Shown here in pieces: positions 63,743 to 64,000 of a stretch of DNA of 64,000 bases. Position 1 is the first letter of the stretch. The number at the start of each line of letters is the position of its first letter. The position numbers and the translations under genes are program-made. This stretch comes from an uncultured delta proteobacterium (lineage in GTDB: Bacteria > Desulfobacterota > RBG-13-43-22). The notes under the pieces were generated by a model. That model ran no database searches. It was not told the DNA's origin and saw nothing but the letters and a program-made list of their open reading frames with translations. The DNA is taken from contig CAVUPH010000020.1 in NCBI GenBank assembly GCA_963743305.1, positions 96,001 to 160,000 on the forward strand, in the 5' to 3' direction.

Positions 63743-64000
63743 TCAAGGATTATGTCCGGATGGCTGTTTCGGACATGGGAATCCGGGAAAAGACCAGGGC
63801 GGGAAAGGAGAAAAGGAATGGTAGTAAATGCGCAGAGTATCGGCCAGACCCTGATGAACGTTTTTAGGCCCGATCAGGCTCAAGGTCTGCAGGCCGGGGA
63901 GACACCGGGAGGGAGTGAGGGGATCCCGGCGGGTAAAACCGGGAGTTCCTTTCAGGACATTTTTCAATTGATCGACGCCAATACGGATCTCAAACTGGGG
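63743..64000 (-). CDS. 3' end of a hypothetical protein starting outside the window
   Basis: Frame open to the window edge; no recognisable motif. Confidence 0.35.
   Translation of the reverse strand, partial: PQFEIRIGVDQLKNVLKGTPGFTRRDPLTPSRCLPGLQTLSLIGPKNVHQGLADTLRIYYHSFSPFPPWSFPGFPCPKQPSGHNP

Overview
Chromosomal window from an anaerobic, GC-rich Desulfobacterota-like (deltaproteobacterial) genome; the taxon is inferred from gene order and repeat style. Core content: glgP-galT, thiL-ndk, the ilvB-ilvN-ilvC-psd-pssA-leuACDB-asd-rsmD-coaD-rph-rdgB run, tRNA-Pro, serC, murJ, tRNA-Leu and gcvT/H/PA/PB. About a dozen genes, including leuB and murJ, carry single-base frameshifts that are most simply read as sequencing or assembly indels. 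Most notable: (1) a five-gene lipid cluster (55.7-62.1 kb with its divergent methyltransferase) joining two acyltransferases, a B12 radical SAM enzyme and two dehydratase/reductase-like subunits resembling the anaerobic plasmalogen/ether-lipid machinery; (2) a translationally coupled pair of membrane dynamin-like GTPases; (3) modular intergenic repeats in which constant 'wrapper' ends enclose different hairpin cargoes, including a 3-unit array inside the gcv operon; (4) a dispersed ~105-nt structured repeat with pairing-preserving changes; (5) a toxin-antitoxin graveyard, an IS3 stub and a possible integration scar at tRNA-Leu. All family calls come from motif recognition by eye; no searches were run.
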